A DNA stretch of 64,000 bases from an uncultured cyanobacterium. GTDB lineage: Bacteria > Cyanobacteriota > Cyanobacteriia > PCC-6307 > Cyanobiaceae. The notes beneath the pieces were generated by a model. The model ran no database searches, was not told the origin of the DNA, and worked only from the letters and a program-made list of their open reading frames with translations. The stretch covers positions 1-64,000 of the forward strand of contig CAVXWZ010000004.1 of NCBI GenBank assembly GCA_963765575.1, read 5' to 3'. Shown one piece after another: positions 48,714 to 59,501 of this stretch (position 1 is the first letter of the stretch; every line of letters starts with the position of its first letter). Both the position numbers and the translations under genes were made by a program.

Positions 48714-49664
48714 CTATGGAGCGGTGGACGGGCCGTCCTGACGCGCGCTGCTGTCCAGTTCCGGTGCCCCGAAGCTGGCGCCGCTGAGGGGGCTGCAGGT
48801 CTGCAGGCCGGCCACCAGCTCCTGGTGCAGGCGGCTGCCGGTCGCCACCACCCGGCCGCTGGCCAGCTCCAGGGGGCCACCGTCGTAGGCGGACACCACC
48901 CCGCCCGCCTGCTCCACCAGCACCACGCCGGCGGCCAGGTCCCAGGGGGACAGCCCCCGCTCCCAGTAGCCATCGAGCCGGCCCGTGGCCACGAAGGCCA
49001 GGTCCACCGCCGCCGCCCCGCCCCGGCGCACGCCATGGGTGCGATGGGTGAAGTAGGCGAACTCGGCGTAGTTGTTGTCCAGGCGCGTGTGGCGGTCGTA
49101 GGCGAAGCCAGTGACCAGCAGGGCATCGGCCAGCCGCTCGCAGCCACTCACGTGGATGCGGCGGCCATTGCACCAGGCCCCCAGTCCGGGCGCGGCCCAC
49201 TGCAGCTCGTCGAAGCTGGGGATGGCCAGGGCACCCAGCAGCGGCACACCGCGCCAGCAGAGACCCACGGAGGTGCCGAAGAACGGATAGCCGTGGGCGT
49301 AGTTGGTGGTGCCGTCGAGGGGATCGACGCACCACTCCAGGTCGCCGGCGCGGGGCCTGCGGCCGCTCTCCTCGGAGAGCACGCCGATCTCGGGGGTCTC
49401 GGCCTCCAGCAGGCCCAGCACCGCCGCCTCGGCGGCCAGATCGGCTTCGGTCACCAGGTCGCCGAGGCGCCCCTTCTCACGGATCTGCTCCAGGCGGCCG
49501 AAGTGGGCCCGCAGCTGCACCCCGCCCGCCTCCGCGGCCCGACGGGCCACGTCCACGAGGCGCTCGATGGCCCCGATCGTCAGCCCCGACTGGCGCCAGG
49601 CCCGGTCCGAACAGCTCTCGGGTGTGCGGTCCGGACTGCGCTCAGGGGCGAGGACGTTGGTCAT
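48714..49664 (-). CDS. suhB: Inositol monophosphatase family protein
   Basis: DLVTEAD, WCVDPLDGTTNYAHG, RRGGAAAVDL, WDLAAG. Confidence 0.9.
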   Translation of the reverse strand: MTNVLAPERSPDRTPESCSDRAWRQSGLTIGAIERLVDVARRAAEAGGVQLRAHFGRLEQIREKGRLGDLVTEADLAAEAAVLGLLEAETPEIGVLSEESGRRPRAGDLEWCVDPLDGTTNYAHGYPFFGTSVGLCWRGVPLLGALAIPSFDELQWAAPGLGAWCNGRRIHVSGCERLADALLVTGFAYDRHTRLDNNYAEFAYFTHRTHGVRRGGAAAVDLAFVATGRLDGYWERGLSPWDLAAGVVLVEQAGGVVSAYDGGPLELASGRVVATGSRLHQELVAGLQTCSPLSGASFGAPELDSSARQDGPSTAP

Positions 49665-49718
49665 CGGCGGGGCAGTGGGGACAGAAAACGGAGGTGGGGC
49701 GGCAGGCGAGGGAGGATG

Positions 49719-50084
49719 TCATTCCTCTTCGAGCGGCAGCCCGGGGCGGATGCGACCCCGGCCGAAGTGGCGCCCGAACTGCTGCTCGTAAACCTCATCC
49801 TCATCCTGGGTCTCCACCTCCAGCGGGCCGGTGGCGCGGGCCACGCAGAGCAGGCCATAGCCCCGGCTGCGCAGCTCCCGGGAAAGGCCAAGCGCTTCGC
49901 TCTGATCGATCGTGCCGTCCAGCACCCGCACGGCGCAGGTGGTGCAGCAGCCGTTGCGGCAGCTGAACGGCAGCGGGTCGCCCTGCTGCTCGAAGCTGCG
50001 CAGGATGTAGTCGCCTTCGGGCACCTCGTGTCGGATCACGCGACCGGTCTGGCGCCAGTGGACGGTGATCGGAAACGTGCGCAT
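49719..50084 (-). CDS. 2Fe-2S ferredoxin with C-terminal extension
   Basis: LPFSCRNGCCTTCAV...LLCV...QDEDEVYEQQFG. Confidence 0.92.
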   Translation of the reverse strand: MRTFPITVHWRQTGRVIRHEVPEGDYILRSFEQQGDPLPFSCRNGCCTTCAVRVLDGTIDQSEALGLSRELRSRGYGLLCVARATGPLEVETQDEDEVYEQQFGRHFGRGRIRPGLPLEEE

Positions 50085-50139
50085 CGGGCGGCGGGTCGTT
50101 GACTGCTACATTGCCACTTCGTTGCCCCATTTTGCCGCT

Positions 50140-50226
50140 GGAGAGGTGGCCGAGTGGTCGAAGGCGCAGCACTGGAAATGCTGTATAGGGGCAACTCTAT
50201 CGAGGGTTCGAATCCCTCCCTCTCCG
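50140..50226 (+). tRNA. tRNA-Ser(GGA)
   Basis: GGAGAGG/CCTCTCC acceptor stem, CAGCA-CTGGAAA-TGCTG anticodon arm, long variable arm, GGTTCGAATCC. Confidence 0.97.
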
Positions 50227-50237
50227 CTGATCACACC

Positions 50238-50263
50238 AAAGCCGGCCGCAGGGCCGGCTTTTT
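50238..50263 (+). terminator. Terminator between tRNA-Ser and pstB (probably bidirectional)
   Basis: AAAGCCGGCC-GCAG-GGCCGGCTTTTT. Confidence 0.85.
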
Positions 50264-50296
50264 ACTTGGCACGTGATTTGACGGAGATGGCTGGCA

Positions 50297-51115
50297 TCAG
50301 CCGAATCGGCCGGTCACGTAATCCTGGGTGGCCTGCTGTTTGGGGGCGTTGAAGATGCGCTCGGTTTCGGCAAACTCCACCAAATAGCCCACCTTGCCGG
50401 TGCCGCCTTCCACGGCTTCGGCATTGTAGAAGGCGGTCATGTCCGCCACACGCACCGCCTGCTGCATGTTGTGGGTCACGATCACGATCGTGTAGCTGCG
50501 CTTCAGCTCATGCATCGTTTCCTCGATCTTCAAGGTGGAGATCGGGTCGAGGGCGGAGCAGGGTTCATCCATCAGAATCACCTCGGGCTCGGTGGCGATG
50601 GCGCGGGCGATGCAGAGGCGCTGCTGCTGGCCGCCGGAGAGGGCGAAGCCGCTCTCCTTGAGTTTGTCCTTGCACTCGTCCCACACCGCCGCCTTGCGCA
50701 GGGAGCGCTCCACCAGCTCATCCATGTCGCCCCGATAGCCGTTGATGCGGGCGCCGAAGGCGATGTTTTCGTAGATGCTCTTGGGAAAGGGGTTGGGCTT
50801 CTGGAACACCATGCCGATGCGCCGCCGCACCTCCACCGGATCGACATTGGGGGCGTAGATGTCGACGCCATCGAACAACACCCGTCCGCGCAGGCTGCAG
50901 CCGGGGATCAGGTCGTTCATGCGGTTCAGACCCCGCAGCACGGTGGACTTACCGCAGCCGGAGGGACCGATGAAGGCCGTGACCTTGCCCTTGGGGATGT
51001 CCACGAAGACGTTCTTCACGGCCTCGAAGCTCCCGTAGGAGATCGTCACGTCCTGCAGGGCCATGCAGACGTCCGTGGCCGGGATCAAGGAGCTGGTGGG
51101 GATCTTGGTAGCCAT
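50297..51115 (-). CDS. pstB: Phosphate ABC transporter ATP-binding protein
   Basis: [51 protein letters not shown]. Confidence 0.97.
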   Translation of the reverse strand: MATKIPTSSLIPATDVCMALQDVTISYGSFEAVKNVFVDIPKGKVTAFIGPSGCGKSTVLRGLNRMNDLIPGCSLRGRVLFDGVDIYAPNVDPVEVRRRIGMVFQKPNPFPKSIYENIAFGARINGYRGDMDELVERSLRKAAVWDECKDKLKESGFALSGGQQQRLCIARAIATEPEVILMDEPCSALDPISTLKIEETMHELKRSYTIVIVTHNMQQAVRVADMTAFYNAEAVEGGTGKVGYLVEFAETERIFNAPKQQATQDYVTGRFG

Positions 51116-51205
51116 GGGTTCGGAGCGGCTGGGTGGTGCGGCTGGGTGGTGCGGGAGTGCGCGCGGAAACTGGAGATTGGAGCGCGGTGTGATGTCGGTT
51201 GGCCG

Positions 51206-52123
51206 TCAGTCTGAGCGGGACATACTGCTGACCCAGCGAGCCAGCAGGTTGGCGGCCAGGATCATCACCACCAACACAAACGATGCTGCCCAGGCAAGTT
51301 CATTCTGGGCATCGTAGGGCATGATGGCGAAGTTGAAGATCAGCACCGACATCGTGGCGATTGGATTGAAGATTCCCTCGGGCCAGAAAGGAGAAAACAG
51401 CGCCGTGAAGATCAGTGGTGCGGTTTCGCCGGCGGCCCGGGCAATGGCCAGCACCGCACCGGTGGCGATGGGGGTAAAAGCGGCGGGAAGGGTGATGCGA
51501 ATCACGGTCACGAATTTGGACGCGCCCACGCCATAGGCACCCCAACGCAGTTCCTGGGGCACCAGTTTGAGACCCTCATCGGTGGTTTTGATCACCGTGG
51601 GCAACATCAGCAGCGCCAGGGCAATGCCACCGGCTAAGGCGCTGTAGCTCTGGTTGAAGAAAAGCCGGGTAGCGACGATCACCCCATACACGAACACGCC
51701 GATGATGATTGAAGGCACGCCGGCCAGGATGTCGTTTCCAAAGCTCACGAACTGCGAAAACCAGCCACGATTGGAGTATTCGTTGAGGAAGATGCCGCCG
51801 CCCACCCCGATCGGGATCGCCACCAGGGTGGCCACCAGGGTCACCACCAGCGTGCCCACAATGGCGTTGCCGATGCCGCCGCCCTCCAGTCCTGGAGGCG
51901 GTGGCAACTGGGTTAACAGCGACAGACTCATCAGCCTGCCGCCCTGGAGCAGCACGTAGATGATCACCAGAAACAGCGGCAGCACCGCAATCGCTGCGAA
52001 CAGCGCGGCGATGCTGGTGAGCACCCGGTTGATGCGGTTGCGCTTGAGGGTGCCGTCAAAGGTGAGCGGCCGACGGTCGAACAGGCTGTCGACGCTGGTC
52101 ATCGGGGAGTTGGAGGATGTCAT
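51206..52123 (-). CDS. pstA: Phosphate ABC transporter permease
   Basis: GGGIGNAIVGT, LAGVPSIIIG, ARAAGETAPLIFT. Confidence 0.95.
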   Translation of the reverse strand: MTSSNSPMTSVDSLFDRRPLTFDGTLKRNRINRVLTSIAALFAAIAVLPLFLVIIYVLLQGGRLMSLSLLTQLPPPPGLEGGGIGNAIVGTLVVTLVATLVAIPIGVGGGIFLNEYSNRGWFSQFVSFGNDILAGVPSIIIGVFVYGVIVATRLFFNQSYSALAGGIALALLMLPTVIKTTDEGLKLVPQELRWGAYGVGASKFVTVIRITLPAAFTPIATGAVLAIARAAGETAPLIFTALFSPFWPEGIFNPIATMSVLIFNFAIMPYDAQNELAWAASFVLVVMILAANLLARWVSSMSRSD

Positions 52124-52132
52124 CAAGGGAAC

Positions 52133-53137
52133 TCAGTAGCGCAGGCTGAGGCGTCGCACGATCAACTTGGCCAGCACGTTCACCACAAACGTGAGCACCA
52201 TCAGGATCAGGGCTGCATACATCAAGGCCGACACCTGGATGCCGTCGGCCTCCCCAAACTGGTTGGCGAGCATGGAGGCGATGGTGTTGCCCGGCGCCAG
52301 CAGGGAGGTGCTGAAATTATTGGAGTTGCCGATGATCATCGTCACCGCCATCGTTTCACCCATGGCCCGGCCCAGGGCCAGCATGATGCCGCCGGTGATC
52401 GCCGAGATCGCGGCTGGCAGAATCACACTGAAGATCGCCCCCCAGCGGGTGGTTCCCACCCCGTAGGCGCCCTGGCGTAGTTCCTCGGGCACCTGGTTGA
52501 GGGCGTCGCGGGAGATGGCCGTGATGATCGGCAGGATCATCACCACCAGGATCAGGATCGCCGGCGCCGTGCCGGGGCCCTGGGGCACGGTGCTGAACAG
52601 GGGCAACCAGCCCAGCCAGGCATGCAGCAGGTTCAGCACGGGACGAATGGCCGGCTCCATCACGAAGATGGCCCAGAGGCCCAGCACCACCGAAGGGATC
52701 GCCGCCAGCAGCTCCACCATCAGGCCAGTGGCATCGCGCACCAGCTTGGGCAGCACGTCTTCGGTGATCAGAATCGCCGTGCCCAGACCCAGGGGCACGG
52801 CGACCAGCAGCGAGAGGATCGCCGTGACCAGGGTTCCGTAGATGGCGACGAAGGCGCCATAGCTGTTGGTGACCGGATTCCAGGCGGAGGTGGTGATGAA
52901 GCCGAGGCCAAACTCCCGGATCGCCTCCCGGGCACCGCTGGCCACCACCAGAAAGATGCCCATCAGCACCACGGCCACCACGGAGGCCAGGGCCATGGTC
53001 AGCTGCTGGAAGCCGATGTCCAGCAACTTCTCACTGGGCGGGCGGCGACGGAGCGTGAATGCGTCGACACCGACGGCGGCACCAGCGGCGGCACCAACGG
53101 CGGGAGTGCCTGCGCGAGAGGGGTTGTCCGTCGTCAT
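52133..53137 (-). CDS. pstC: Phosphate ABC transporter permease
   Basis: ELLAAIPSVVLGLW, LGRAMGETMAV, IASMLANQFGEA. Confidence 0.95.
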   Translation of the reverse strand: MTTDNPSRAGTPAVGAAAGAAVGVDAFTLRRRPPSEKLLDIGFQQLTMALASVVAVVLMGIFLVVASGAREAIREFGLGFITTSAWNPVTNSYGAFVAIYGTLVTAILSLLVAVPLGLGTAILITEDVLPKLVRDATGLMVELLAAIPSVVLGLWAIFVMEPAIRPVLNLLHAWLGWLPLFSTVPQGPGTAPAILILVVMILPIITAISRDALNQVPEELRQGAYGVGTTRWGAIFSVILPAAISAITGGIMLALGRAMGETMAVTMIIGNSNNFSTSLLAPGNTIASMLANQFGEADGIQVSALMYAALILMVLTFVVNVLAKLIVRRLSLRY

Positions 53138-53202
53138 GCAGGAGCGGGTTGGCGCCCGGGGTAGGCGGGTTGCCGCAATTTACGGGCGCTGACGGGCAGC
53201 AC

Positions 53203-53221
53203 TGTTTAAGTGGTGTTTAAC
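53203..53221 (-). promoter_or_regulatory. Putative Pho (SphR/PhoB) box upstream of pstC
   Basis: Minus strand GTTAAACA-CCA-CTTAAACA (11-bp period); -10-like TAAATT at 53182-53177. Confidence 0.6.
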
Positions 53222-53276
53222 GTCTGGCCAGCCGGTACCTTGGTGGCATCAGGCGGTTCTCGACTCCTCGCGGTTC

Positions 53277-55562
53277 ATGGGGCGCATCGTCGGCATCGAC
53301 CTGGGGACCACCAACTCGGTGGTGGCTGTGCTTGAGGGCGGCCGGCCGGTGGTGATCGCCAGCGCTGAGGGCAGCCGCACCACCCCCTCGGTGGTGGGCT
53401 TCAGCCGCGACCAGGAGCTGCTGGTGGGCCAGCTCGCCCGCCGCCAGCTGGTGCTCAACCCCCGCAACACCTTCGCCAACCTCAAGCGCTTCGTGGGCCG
53501 CCAGTGGGAGGAGCTCGACGAGGGAAGCCTCACCGTGGCCTACACCGTGCGCGCCAATGCCAGCGGCAGCGTGCGCGTGGTCTGCCCCGTCACGGAGCGC
53601 GAATACGCCCCTGAGGAGCTGGTGGCCAGCGTTCTGCGCAAGCTCTGCGACGACGCCGCCACCTACCTCGGCGAGCCGGTGGAGGCGGCCGTGATCACGG
53701 TGCCCGCCTACTTCAACGACGCCCAGCGTCAGGCCACCCGCGACGCCGGCCGCCTGGCGGGCATCAGCGTTGAGCGCATCCTCAACGAGCCCACAGCAGC
53801 CGCCCTGGCCTACGGCTTCGACCGCAGTGCCGCCAAGCGGGTGCTGGTGTTCGACCTGGGCGGCGGCACCTTTGACGTCTCGGTGCTGCGCATCGCCCAG
53901 GGGGTGTTCGATGTCAAGGCCACCAGCGGCGACACCCAGCTGGGCGGCAACGACTGGGACCGGCGCATTGTCGACTGGCTTGCCGATGCCTTCCTGGCCG
54001 AGCACCAGATCGACCTGCGTCGCGACCGTCAGGCCCTGCAGCGGCTCACCGAAGCGGCCGAGAAGGCCAAGATGGAGCTCAGCGGCGTGCAGAGCACGCC
54101 GATCTCGCTGCCGTTCATCAGCACCGGCCCCGACGGCCCGCTGCACATCGAAACCACCCTGGAGCGGCTGGTGTTTGAGGGGCTCTGCCCCGATCTGCTC
54201 GACCGCCTGCTGCGGCCCGTCCAGCGCGCCCTGCGCGATGCCGGCCTGGCCGCCGACGACATCGACGATGTGGTGCTGGTGGGGGGCGGCACGCGCATGC
54301 CGATGGTGCAGAACATGGTGCGCACGCTGGTGCCCCGCGATCCCTGCCAGTCGGTGAATCCCGACGAGGTGGTGGCGATCGGCGCCGCCGTGCAGGCCGG
54401 CATCCTCACCGGCGAGCTGCGTGATCTGATGCTCAACGACGTCACGCCCCTCTCCCTCGGCCTGGAGACCATCGGCGACGTGATGAAGGTGCTGATTCCG
54501 CGCAACACGCCGATCCCGGTGCGCAAGAGCGACGTGTTCAGCACCTCCGAGGCCAACCAGAACTCGGTGGAGATCCACGTGCTCCAGGGCGAGCGCCAGA
54601 TGGCGGTGGACAACAAGAGCCTGGGCCGCTTCCGACTCTCCGGCATCCCCCCCGCCCCCCGTGGTGTGCCCCAGGTGCAGGTGTCCCTGGACATCGATGC
54701 CAACGGCCTGCTGCAGGTGTCGGCGATGGACCGCACCACCGGCCGCCAGCAGAGCGTGAGCATCCAGGGCGGCTCCAACCTCAGCGAGGAGGAGATCGCC
54801 AGGCTGCTGCAGGAAGCGGAGGAGAAGGCGGCGGAGGATCGGCGCAAGCGGGCTGCCATCGACCGCCGCAACAAGGCCCTCACCCTGGTGGCCCAGGGGG
54901 AGCGGCGGCTGCGCGATGCGTCCCTCGAGCTCGGCCCCTATGGCGCCGAACGGCAGCAGCGGGCGGTGGAGATGGCGGTGCGGGACATGCAGGACCTGCT
55001 CGCCCTCGACGAGAGCGGCGACGGTGATCCGGTGGAGTTGGATTTGGCCGCCAGCCAGCTGCAGGAAGCCCTGTTCGGCCTCAACCGCCGCCTGCTCAGC
55101 GAGCGGCGCGCCGATCAGGGCCCGCTGCAGGGTCTCAAGAACACCCTGGGCAGCCTCAAGGATGAGCTGTTCTCCGATGAGGACGACTGGGACGACTGGA
55201 ACCGTCCCGGCCGGGATCCCTGGGCCACGGCTCCGCCCCGCTCCGCCAGCCGCTACGACGCCCCCGACCGCTTCGGCCAGCAGGATCGGTACAGCCCCCC
55301 CGATCGCTACAGCGGTGGCGGTGAGGGCGATCGGGGCTATGGCTCCGGGCGCGACCGCTCGGAGCGCTATGCGCCTGATGAGCGTGCCCGGCCCGATGAC
55401 CGCTATGGGGGCGATGACCGCTACCGGCCCGACGACCGTTACCGGCCCGACGACCGCTACGACTTCGATGACCGCAATGGGCCGGATGAGCGCACGCCGC
55501 CCGCCCGGCAGCGCGCGCGGGTGCCGGACGACGATCCCTGGCGCGACAGCGAACTGCCGTGA
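53277..55562 (+). CDS. dnaK: Chaperone DnaK (long C-terminal tail paralog)
   Basis: [44 protein letters not shown]. Confidence 0.96.
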   Translation: MGRIVGIDLGTTNSVVAVLEGGRPVVIASAEGSRTTPSVVGFSRDQELLVGQLARRQLVLNPRNTFANLKRFVGRQWEELDEGSLTVAYTVRANASGSVRVVCPVTEREYAPEELVASVLRKLCDDAATYLGEPVEAAVITVPAYFNDAQRQATRDAGRLAGISVERILNEPTAAALAYGFDRSAAKRVLVFDLGGGTFDVSVLRIAQGVFDVKATSGDTQLGGNDWDRRIVDWLADAFLAEHQIDLRRDRQALQRLTEAAEKAKMELSGVQSTPISLPFISTGPDGPLHIETTLERLVFEGLCPDLLDRLLRPVQRALRDAGLAADDIDDVVLVGGGTRMPMVQNMVRTLVPRDPCQSVNPDEVVAIGAAVQAGILTGELRDLMLNDVTPLSLGLETIGDVMKVLIPRNTPIPVRKSDVFSTSEANQNSVEIHVLQGERQMAVDNKSLGRFRLSGIPPAPRGVPQVQVSLDIDANGLLQVSAMDRTTGRQQSVSIQGGSNLSEEEIARLLQEAEEKAAEDRRKRAAIDRRNKALTLVAQGERRLRDASLELGPYGAERQQRAVEMAVRDMQDLLALDESGDGDPVELDLAASQLQEALFGLNRRLLSERRADQGPLQGLKNTLGSLKDELFSDEDDWDDWNRPGRDPWATAPPRSASRYDAPDRFGQQDRYSPPDRYSGGGEGDRGYGSGRDRSERYAPDERARPDDRYGGDDRYRPDDRYRPDDRYDFDDRNGPDERTPPARQRARVPDDDPWRDSELP
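55392..55499 (+). repeat. 18-bp tandem repeats encoding xD(D/E)Rxx hexapeptides in the dnaK tail
   Basis: [36 protein letters not shown]. Confidence 0.85.
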
Positions 55563-56632
55563 CCTCCCGATCTGTCGCCGCCGGCGATCCCGTCATCGAC
55601 CACTGGGCGGTGCTGGGCCTGGCTCCCGGCGCCGATGCCGTTGCCCTCAAGCGAGCGTTCCGCCAGCAGGCCCGCCGCTGGCACCCCGATCTCAACGGCA
55701 ACGACCCCGTTGCCGAGGATCGCTTCAAGCAGGTGAACGAGGCCTACGCGGTGCTCTCCGATCCGCGCCGGCGGCGGGTGTGGGAGGGGGGCGAGTCTGA
55801 AGCCGACTCGGCGGCCCGCGCCCGAGGTCAGGACCCCTTCGCCAGCGGCTTCCCAGATTTCGACGCCTACCTGCAGGTGCTCTTCGGCGGTCGGCGGCGT
55901 GGGGGCTTGGACGGCCCTGGCGACGACCCGGATGAGGCGCGCGCCGAGGCGGACCCTGCCGAGCCCGATCGGGATGGCGATTGGGCGGCCCCTCGACACC
56001 AGCAGCCCCACCCCCGCCAGTCACCAGACCAGCAGGGCGAGGGGCCCGGATCGGTCACCGCCGCGCCCCCCTCCCCGCCGCCGGTGACGGCGGCCGGTGA
56101 TGCCGAAACCGTTGTGGAGCTCACCCCGGAACAGGCCCTCGACGGTGAGCGGGTGGAACTGGAACTGGCCGATGGCACGGCCGTGGAGGTGTGGACGCCG
56201 CCCCTGGCCGGTGATGGCTGGCGCCTGCGCCTGGCCGGTGTCACCCCCGGCGGCGGTGACCACTTCCTGCAGTTGCGGGTGCGCACGGCCGAGGGCCTGC
56301 GGGTGGATGGGCTGCGGGTGCTCTACCAGCTGCCCCTCAGTCCGGCTGAGGCGGTGCTCGGCTGCCGGGTGGTGGTGCCCACCCTGCGCGGTGCCGTGCA
56401 GCTCACCGTGCCCCCCGGCACCTCCAGCGGCCGGCTGCTGCGCCTGCGCGGCCGCGGCATGGAGTGGCGAGAGCGGCGCGGCGATCAGCTGGTGGAGGTG
56501 CGCATCGTGGTGCCCGAGCAGCCGGGGGATGCGGAGCTGGCGCTCTACCGGCGCCTTCTGGAGCTGGCTGAGGAACTGGCCGTGGAGCTGGCCGAGGACG
56601 ATCCTGGGGCCGGCCCTGCGGTGACACACTGA
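55559..56632 (+). CDS. dnaJ: DnaJ-class co-chaperone (J domain plus C-terminal domain, no zinc finger)
   Basis: RWHPDLN...FKQVNEAYAVLSDP; VPTLRG...GRLLRLRGRG...GDQLV. Confidence 0.88.
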   Translation: MTSRSVAAGDPVIDHWAVLGLAPGADAVALKRAFRQQARRWHPDLNGNDPVAEDRFKQVNEAYAVLSDPRRRRVWEGGESEADSAARARGQDPFASGFPDFDAYLQVLFGGRRRGGLDGPGDDPDEARAEADPAEPDRDGDWAAPRHQQPHPRQSPDQQGEGPGSVTAAPPSPPPVTAAGDAETVVELTPEQALDGERVELELADGTAVEVWTPPLAGDGWRLRLAGVTPGGGDHFLQLRVRTAEGLRVDGLRVLYQLPLSPAEAVLGCRVVVPTLRGAVQLTVPPGTSSGRLLRLRGRGMEWRERRGDQLVEVRIVVPEQPGDAELALYRRLLELAEELAVELAEDDPGAGPAVTH

Positions 56633-56658
56633 GGTTCTCCGCGCAGCCCTCTCCGTCC

Positions 56659-57063
56659 ATGTCGGTGCATGTGCTCCTCTTTGATGCCGGCTCCGAACAG
56701 GAGGGCATCCACTCCCTCGAGATCAACGGCCGCACGGTGGTGCTGCTGTTTGAGGACCGTGACGATGCCGAGCGCTACGCCGGCCTGCTGGAGGCCCAGG
56801 ACTTCCCGGTGCCGACTGTCGAGGCCCTGGATCGGCGGGAGATGGAGGAGTTCTGTTGCCAGGCGGGGTATGAAGCCCGCGTCGTGCCCGCCGGGTTCGT
56901 GCCCGAGAACCCCGAGGACCGACTGTTGATCGCCCCGCCTGAGCAGAACATGGACGTGGCCCAGTGGCAGGAGGAGCAGGAGGCCCGGGGGGCCGCCGAG
57001 TCGCCCAGCTCCGCCGATCCTGAGCTGGAGGCCTTCCGCCGTCAACTCGAGGGGCTGCTGTGA
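56659..57063 (+). CDS. DUF3110 family protein
   Basis: VHVLLFDAG..EGIHSL...FEDRDDAERYAGLLEAQDF...RRQLEGLL. Confidence 0.88.
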   Translation: MSVHVLLFDAGSEQEGIHSLEINGRTVVLLFEDRDDAERYAGLLEAQDFPVPTVEALDRREMEEFCCQAGYEARVVPAGFVPENPEDRLLIAPPEQNMDVAQWQEEQEARGAAESPSSADPELEAFRRQLEGLL

Positions 57064-58043
57064 CGGCCGCCGCAGGCTCGGGCAGCGTTGACCGCGGCCA
57101 CCTGCTCACCGAACAGCCCAACCCCCTCAGCACCAACCTCGACCAGCTGCCCACCGGCGAGCTGGTGGACCTCTTCTGCCGCAACGACCTGGAGCCCCAG
57201 CGCGCCGTGGCCGCCGCGGCTCCCGCGCTCACGGCGGCGGTGGATGCCATCGCCGCCCGCCTGGCCGCCGGCGGTCGGCTCTTTTACCTGGGGGCCGGCA
57301 CCTCCGGCCGGCTGGGGGTGCTGGATGCGGCGGAGTGTCCGCCCACCTTCTGCTCCCCGCCGGAGCTTGTGCAGGGCGTGCTGGCGGGCGGGGCGCCGGC
57401 ACTGCTGCGCAGCTCCGAAGGTCTCGAAGACCTTGAAGAGGCGGGCCGCAGCGATCTGCAGGAGCGCGGCTTCAGCGCCGGCGACTGCCTGGTGGGAATC
57501 GCTGCCGGCGGCACCACCCCCTACGTGCTGGGCGGGCTGCGTCACGCCCGTGGCCTTGGGGGGCTGGCGATCGCGCTGGCCTGCGTGCCGGCCGAGCAGG
57601 TGCCGATGCCCTGCGACATCGACATCCGTCTGCTCACCGGTGCTGAGCTGCTCACCGGCTCCACCCGGCTGAAGGCCGGCACCGCCACCAAGATGGCGCT
57701 CAACATCCTCTCCACCGGCGTGATGGTGCGCCTGGGCAAGGTGTACGGCAACCGCATGGTGGATGTGGCGGTGACGAACGCCAAGCTGGAGGACCGGGCC
57801 CTGCGCATCCTGCGCGACCTGGCCGCCCTGGAGCGGGCCCAGGCCGCCGCGTTGCTGCAGCGGGCCGGTGGGTCGGTGAAGCTGGCCCTGCTGATGGCCG
57901 CCAGCGGCCTGGAGGCCGCTGCCGCCCACGAGCGGCTGGCGCAGGAGGGCCTGGACCTGCGCCGGGCCCTGGCGGCCTGTGGCGCCAGCCTGCCGCCCGC
58001 CGGGGGCCCCTCTCAGCCCTCCTCCTCCAGCGCCCCCCAGTAG
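57060..58043 (+). CDS. murQ: N-acetylmuramic acid 6-phosphate etherase
   Basis: LTEQPNP, YLGAGTSGRLGVLDAAECPPTF, GSTRLKAGTATKM, GKVYGNRMVDV. Confidence 0.96.
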   Translation: MTAAAGSGSVDRGHLLTEQPNPLSTNLDQLPTGELVDLFCRNDLEPQRAVAAAAPALTAAVDAIAARLAAGGRLFYLGAGTSGRLGVLDAAECPPTFCSPPELVQGVLAGGAPALLRSSEGLEDLEEAGRSDLQERGFSAGDCLVGIAAGGTTPYVLGGLRHARGLGGLAIALACVPAEQVPMPCDIDIRLLTGAELLTGSTRLKAGTATKMALNILSTGVMVRLGKVYGNRMVDVAVTNAKLEDRALRILRDLAALERAQAAALLQRAGGSVKLALLMAASGLEAAAAHERLAQEGLDLRRALAACGASLPPAGGPSQPSSSSAPQ

Positions 58044-58951
58044 GGAGTGGTGAACAGGTCGACACGGCGGCGGGTGTCGAGCGGCACCTGCTCCCTGGGC
58101 GTCATCAGGGCGTGGCGCAGGGCCCGGTGGGAGCTGCTCACGGGGCGCTGGGCGCCGATGCGCTCGGCGGCGACGCGCACGATCTCCTGGGCCAGGGCGG
58201 CATTGGAGCGCAGGTTGTCGATCACCAGCTCCACCGTCACCGAGGCGTGCTCCTGGTGCCAGCAGTCGTAGTCGGTCACCATCGCCAGGGTGGCGTAGGC
58301 CATCTCCGCCTCCCGTGCCAGCCGCGCCTCGGTGTGGTTGGTCATGCCGATCACGCCGCAGCCCCAGCTGCGGTAGAGCTCCGATTCGGCCCGGGTGGAG
58401 AAGGCGGGGCCCTCCATGCACAGATAGGTGCCACCGCGGTGCAGCTGGCGGCCGGGCGGCATCAGGCTCTCGCCCACATCGGCCAGCAGGCGGCTGAGGG
58501 CTGGGCAGAAGGGGTCGGCGGCGGTGACATGGGCCACCACCCCGTTGCCGAAGAAGGACAGTGGTCGCTGGTGGGTGCGATCGATGAACTGGTCCGGCAC
58601 CATCATGTCGAGGGGGCGGAACTGCTCCTGCAGCGACCCCACCGCCGACACCGAGAGGATCCAGCGCACCCCCAGGGAACGCAGGGCCCAGAGGTTGGCC
58701 CGGTAGGGCACCTCACTGGGGGCATAGCTGTGGTGGCGGCCGTGGCGGGCCAGGAATACCACCTCCAACTCGCCGATGCGCCCCAGGCGCAGGCTGTCGG
58801 AGGGCTGGCCGAAGGGGGTGTCGAGGCTCAGCTCGCGCACCTCCTCCAGCCCCTCCATGGCGTAGAGGCCGCTGCCCCCCAGCACCCCCAGTCGGGCCTG
58901 GTGGAGGGGAAGGCCCGCGGTGACGGTGGCGGCGTCGGCGGAGCTGCTCAT
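58013..58951 (-). CDS. mtnP: S-methyl-5'-thioadenosine phosphorylase
   Basis: [43 protein letters not shown]. Confidence 0.94.
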   Translation of the reverse strand: MSSSADAATVTAGLPLHQARLGVLGGSGLYAMEGLEEVRELSLDTPFGQPSDSLRLGRIGELEVVFLARHGRHHSYAPSEVPYRANLWALRSLGVRWILSVSAVGSLQEQFRPLDMMVPDQFIDRTHQRPLSFFGNGVVAHVTAADPFCPALSRLLADVGESLMPPGRQLHRGGTYLCMEGPAFSTRAESELYRSWGCGVIGMTNHTEARLAREAEMAYATLAMVTDYDCWHQEHASVTVELVIDNLRSNAALAQEIVRVAAERIGAQRPVSSSHRALRHALMTPREQVPLDTRRRVDLFTTPYWGALEEEG

Positions 58952-59060
58952 GGGCGGGTCAGGCGGGTGGGCAGGTGGGGCTGGTGGCGGCGGGGCTGGA
59001 GCCGACCGGCCTCCCATTGTCAGCACGGCCCCATACAGTCGGCCTTTGCGCAGACGCCCC

Positions 59061-59501
59061 ATGACCCGTGCCGTGATGGACACCGACGCCGGCAGCATCA
59101 ACCTGGAACTGTTTGATGCCGACGCCCCCAACACCGTGGCCAACTTCGTGAAGCTGGCCAAGGAGGGCTTCTATGACGGCCTGGCCTTCCACCGCGTGAT
59201 CCCCGGCTTCATGGCCCAGGGCGGCTGCCCGAACAGCCGTGAAGGCGCCGCCGGCATGGCCGGAACCGGCGGCCCCGGCTATCACATCGACTGTGAGATC
59301 AACGGCCAGAAGCACAAGTCCGGCACCCTGGCCATGGCCCATGCCGGCAAGAACACCGGTGGCTCGCAGTTCTACATCTGCCATGAGGCCCAGCCCCACC
59401 TCGACGGCGTGCACACCGTGTTTGGCAACACCGCCGACATGGACGTGGTGCAGGCCCTCAAGAACGGCAGCCGGATCAACAAGGTGTCGATCCAGGATTG
59501 A
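59061..59501 (+). CDS. Cyclophilin-type peptidyl-prolyl cis-trans isomerase
   Basis: [46 protein letters not shown]. Confidence 0.96.
   Translation: MTRAVMDTDAGSINLELFDADAPNTVANFVKLAKEGFYDGLAFHRVIPGFMAQGGCPNSREGAAGMAGTGGPGYHIDCEINGQKHKSGTLAMAHAGKNTGGSQFYICHEAQPHLDGVHTVFGNTADMDVVQALKNGSRINKVSIQD

Noticed and set aside
50140..50226. tRNA-Ser as an integration site
   Set aside because: Flanked by core genes; no duplicated tRNA 3' end or integrase noticed.
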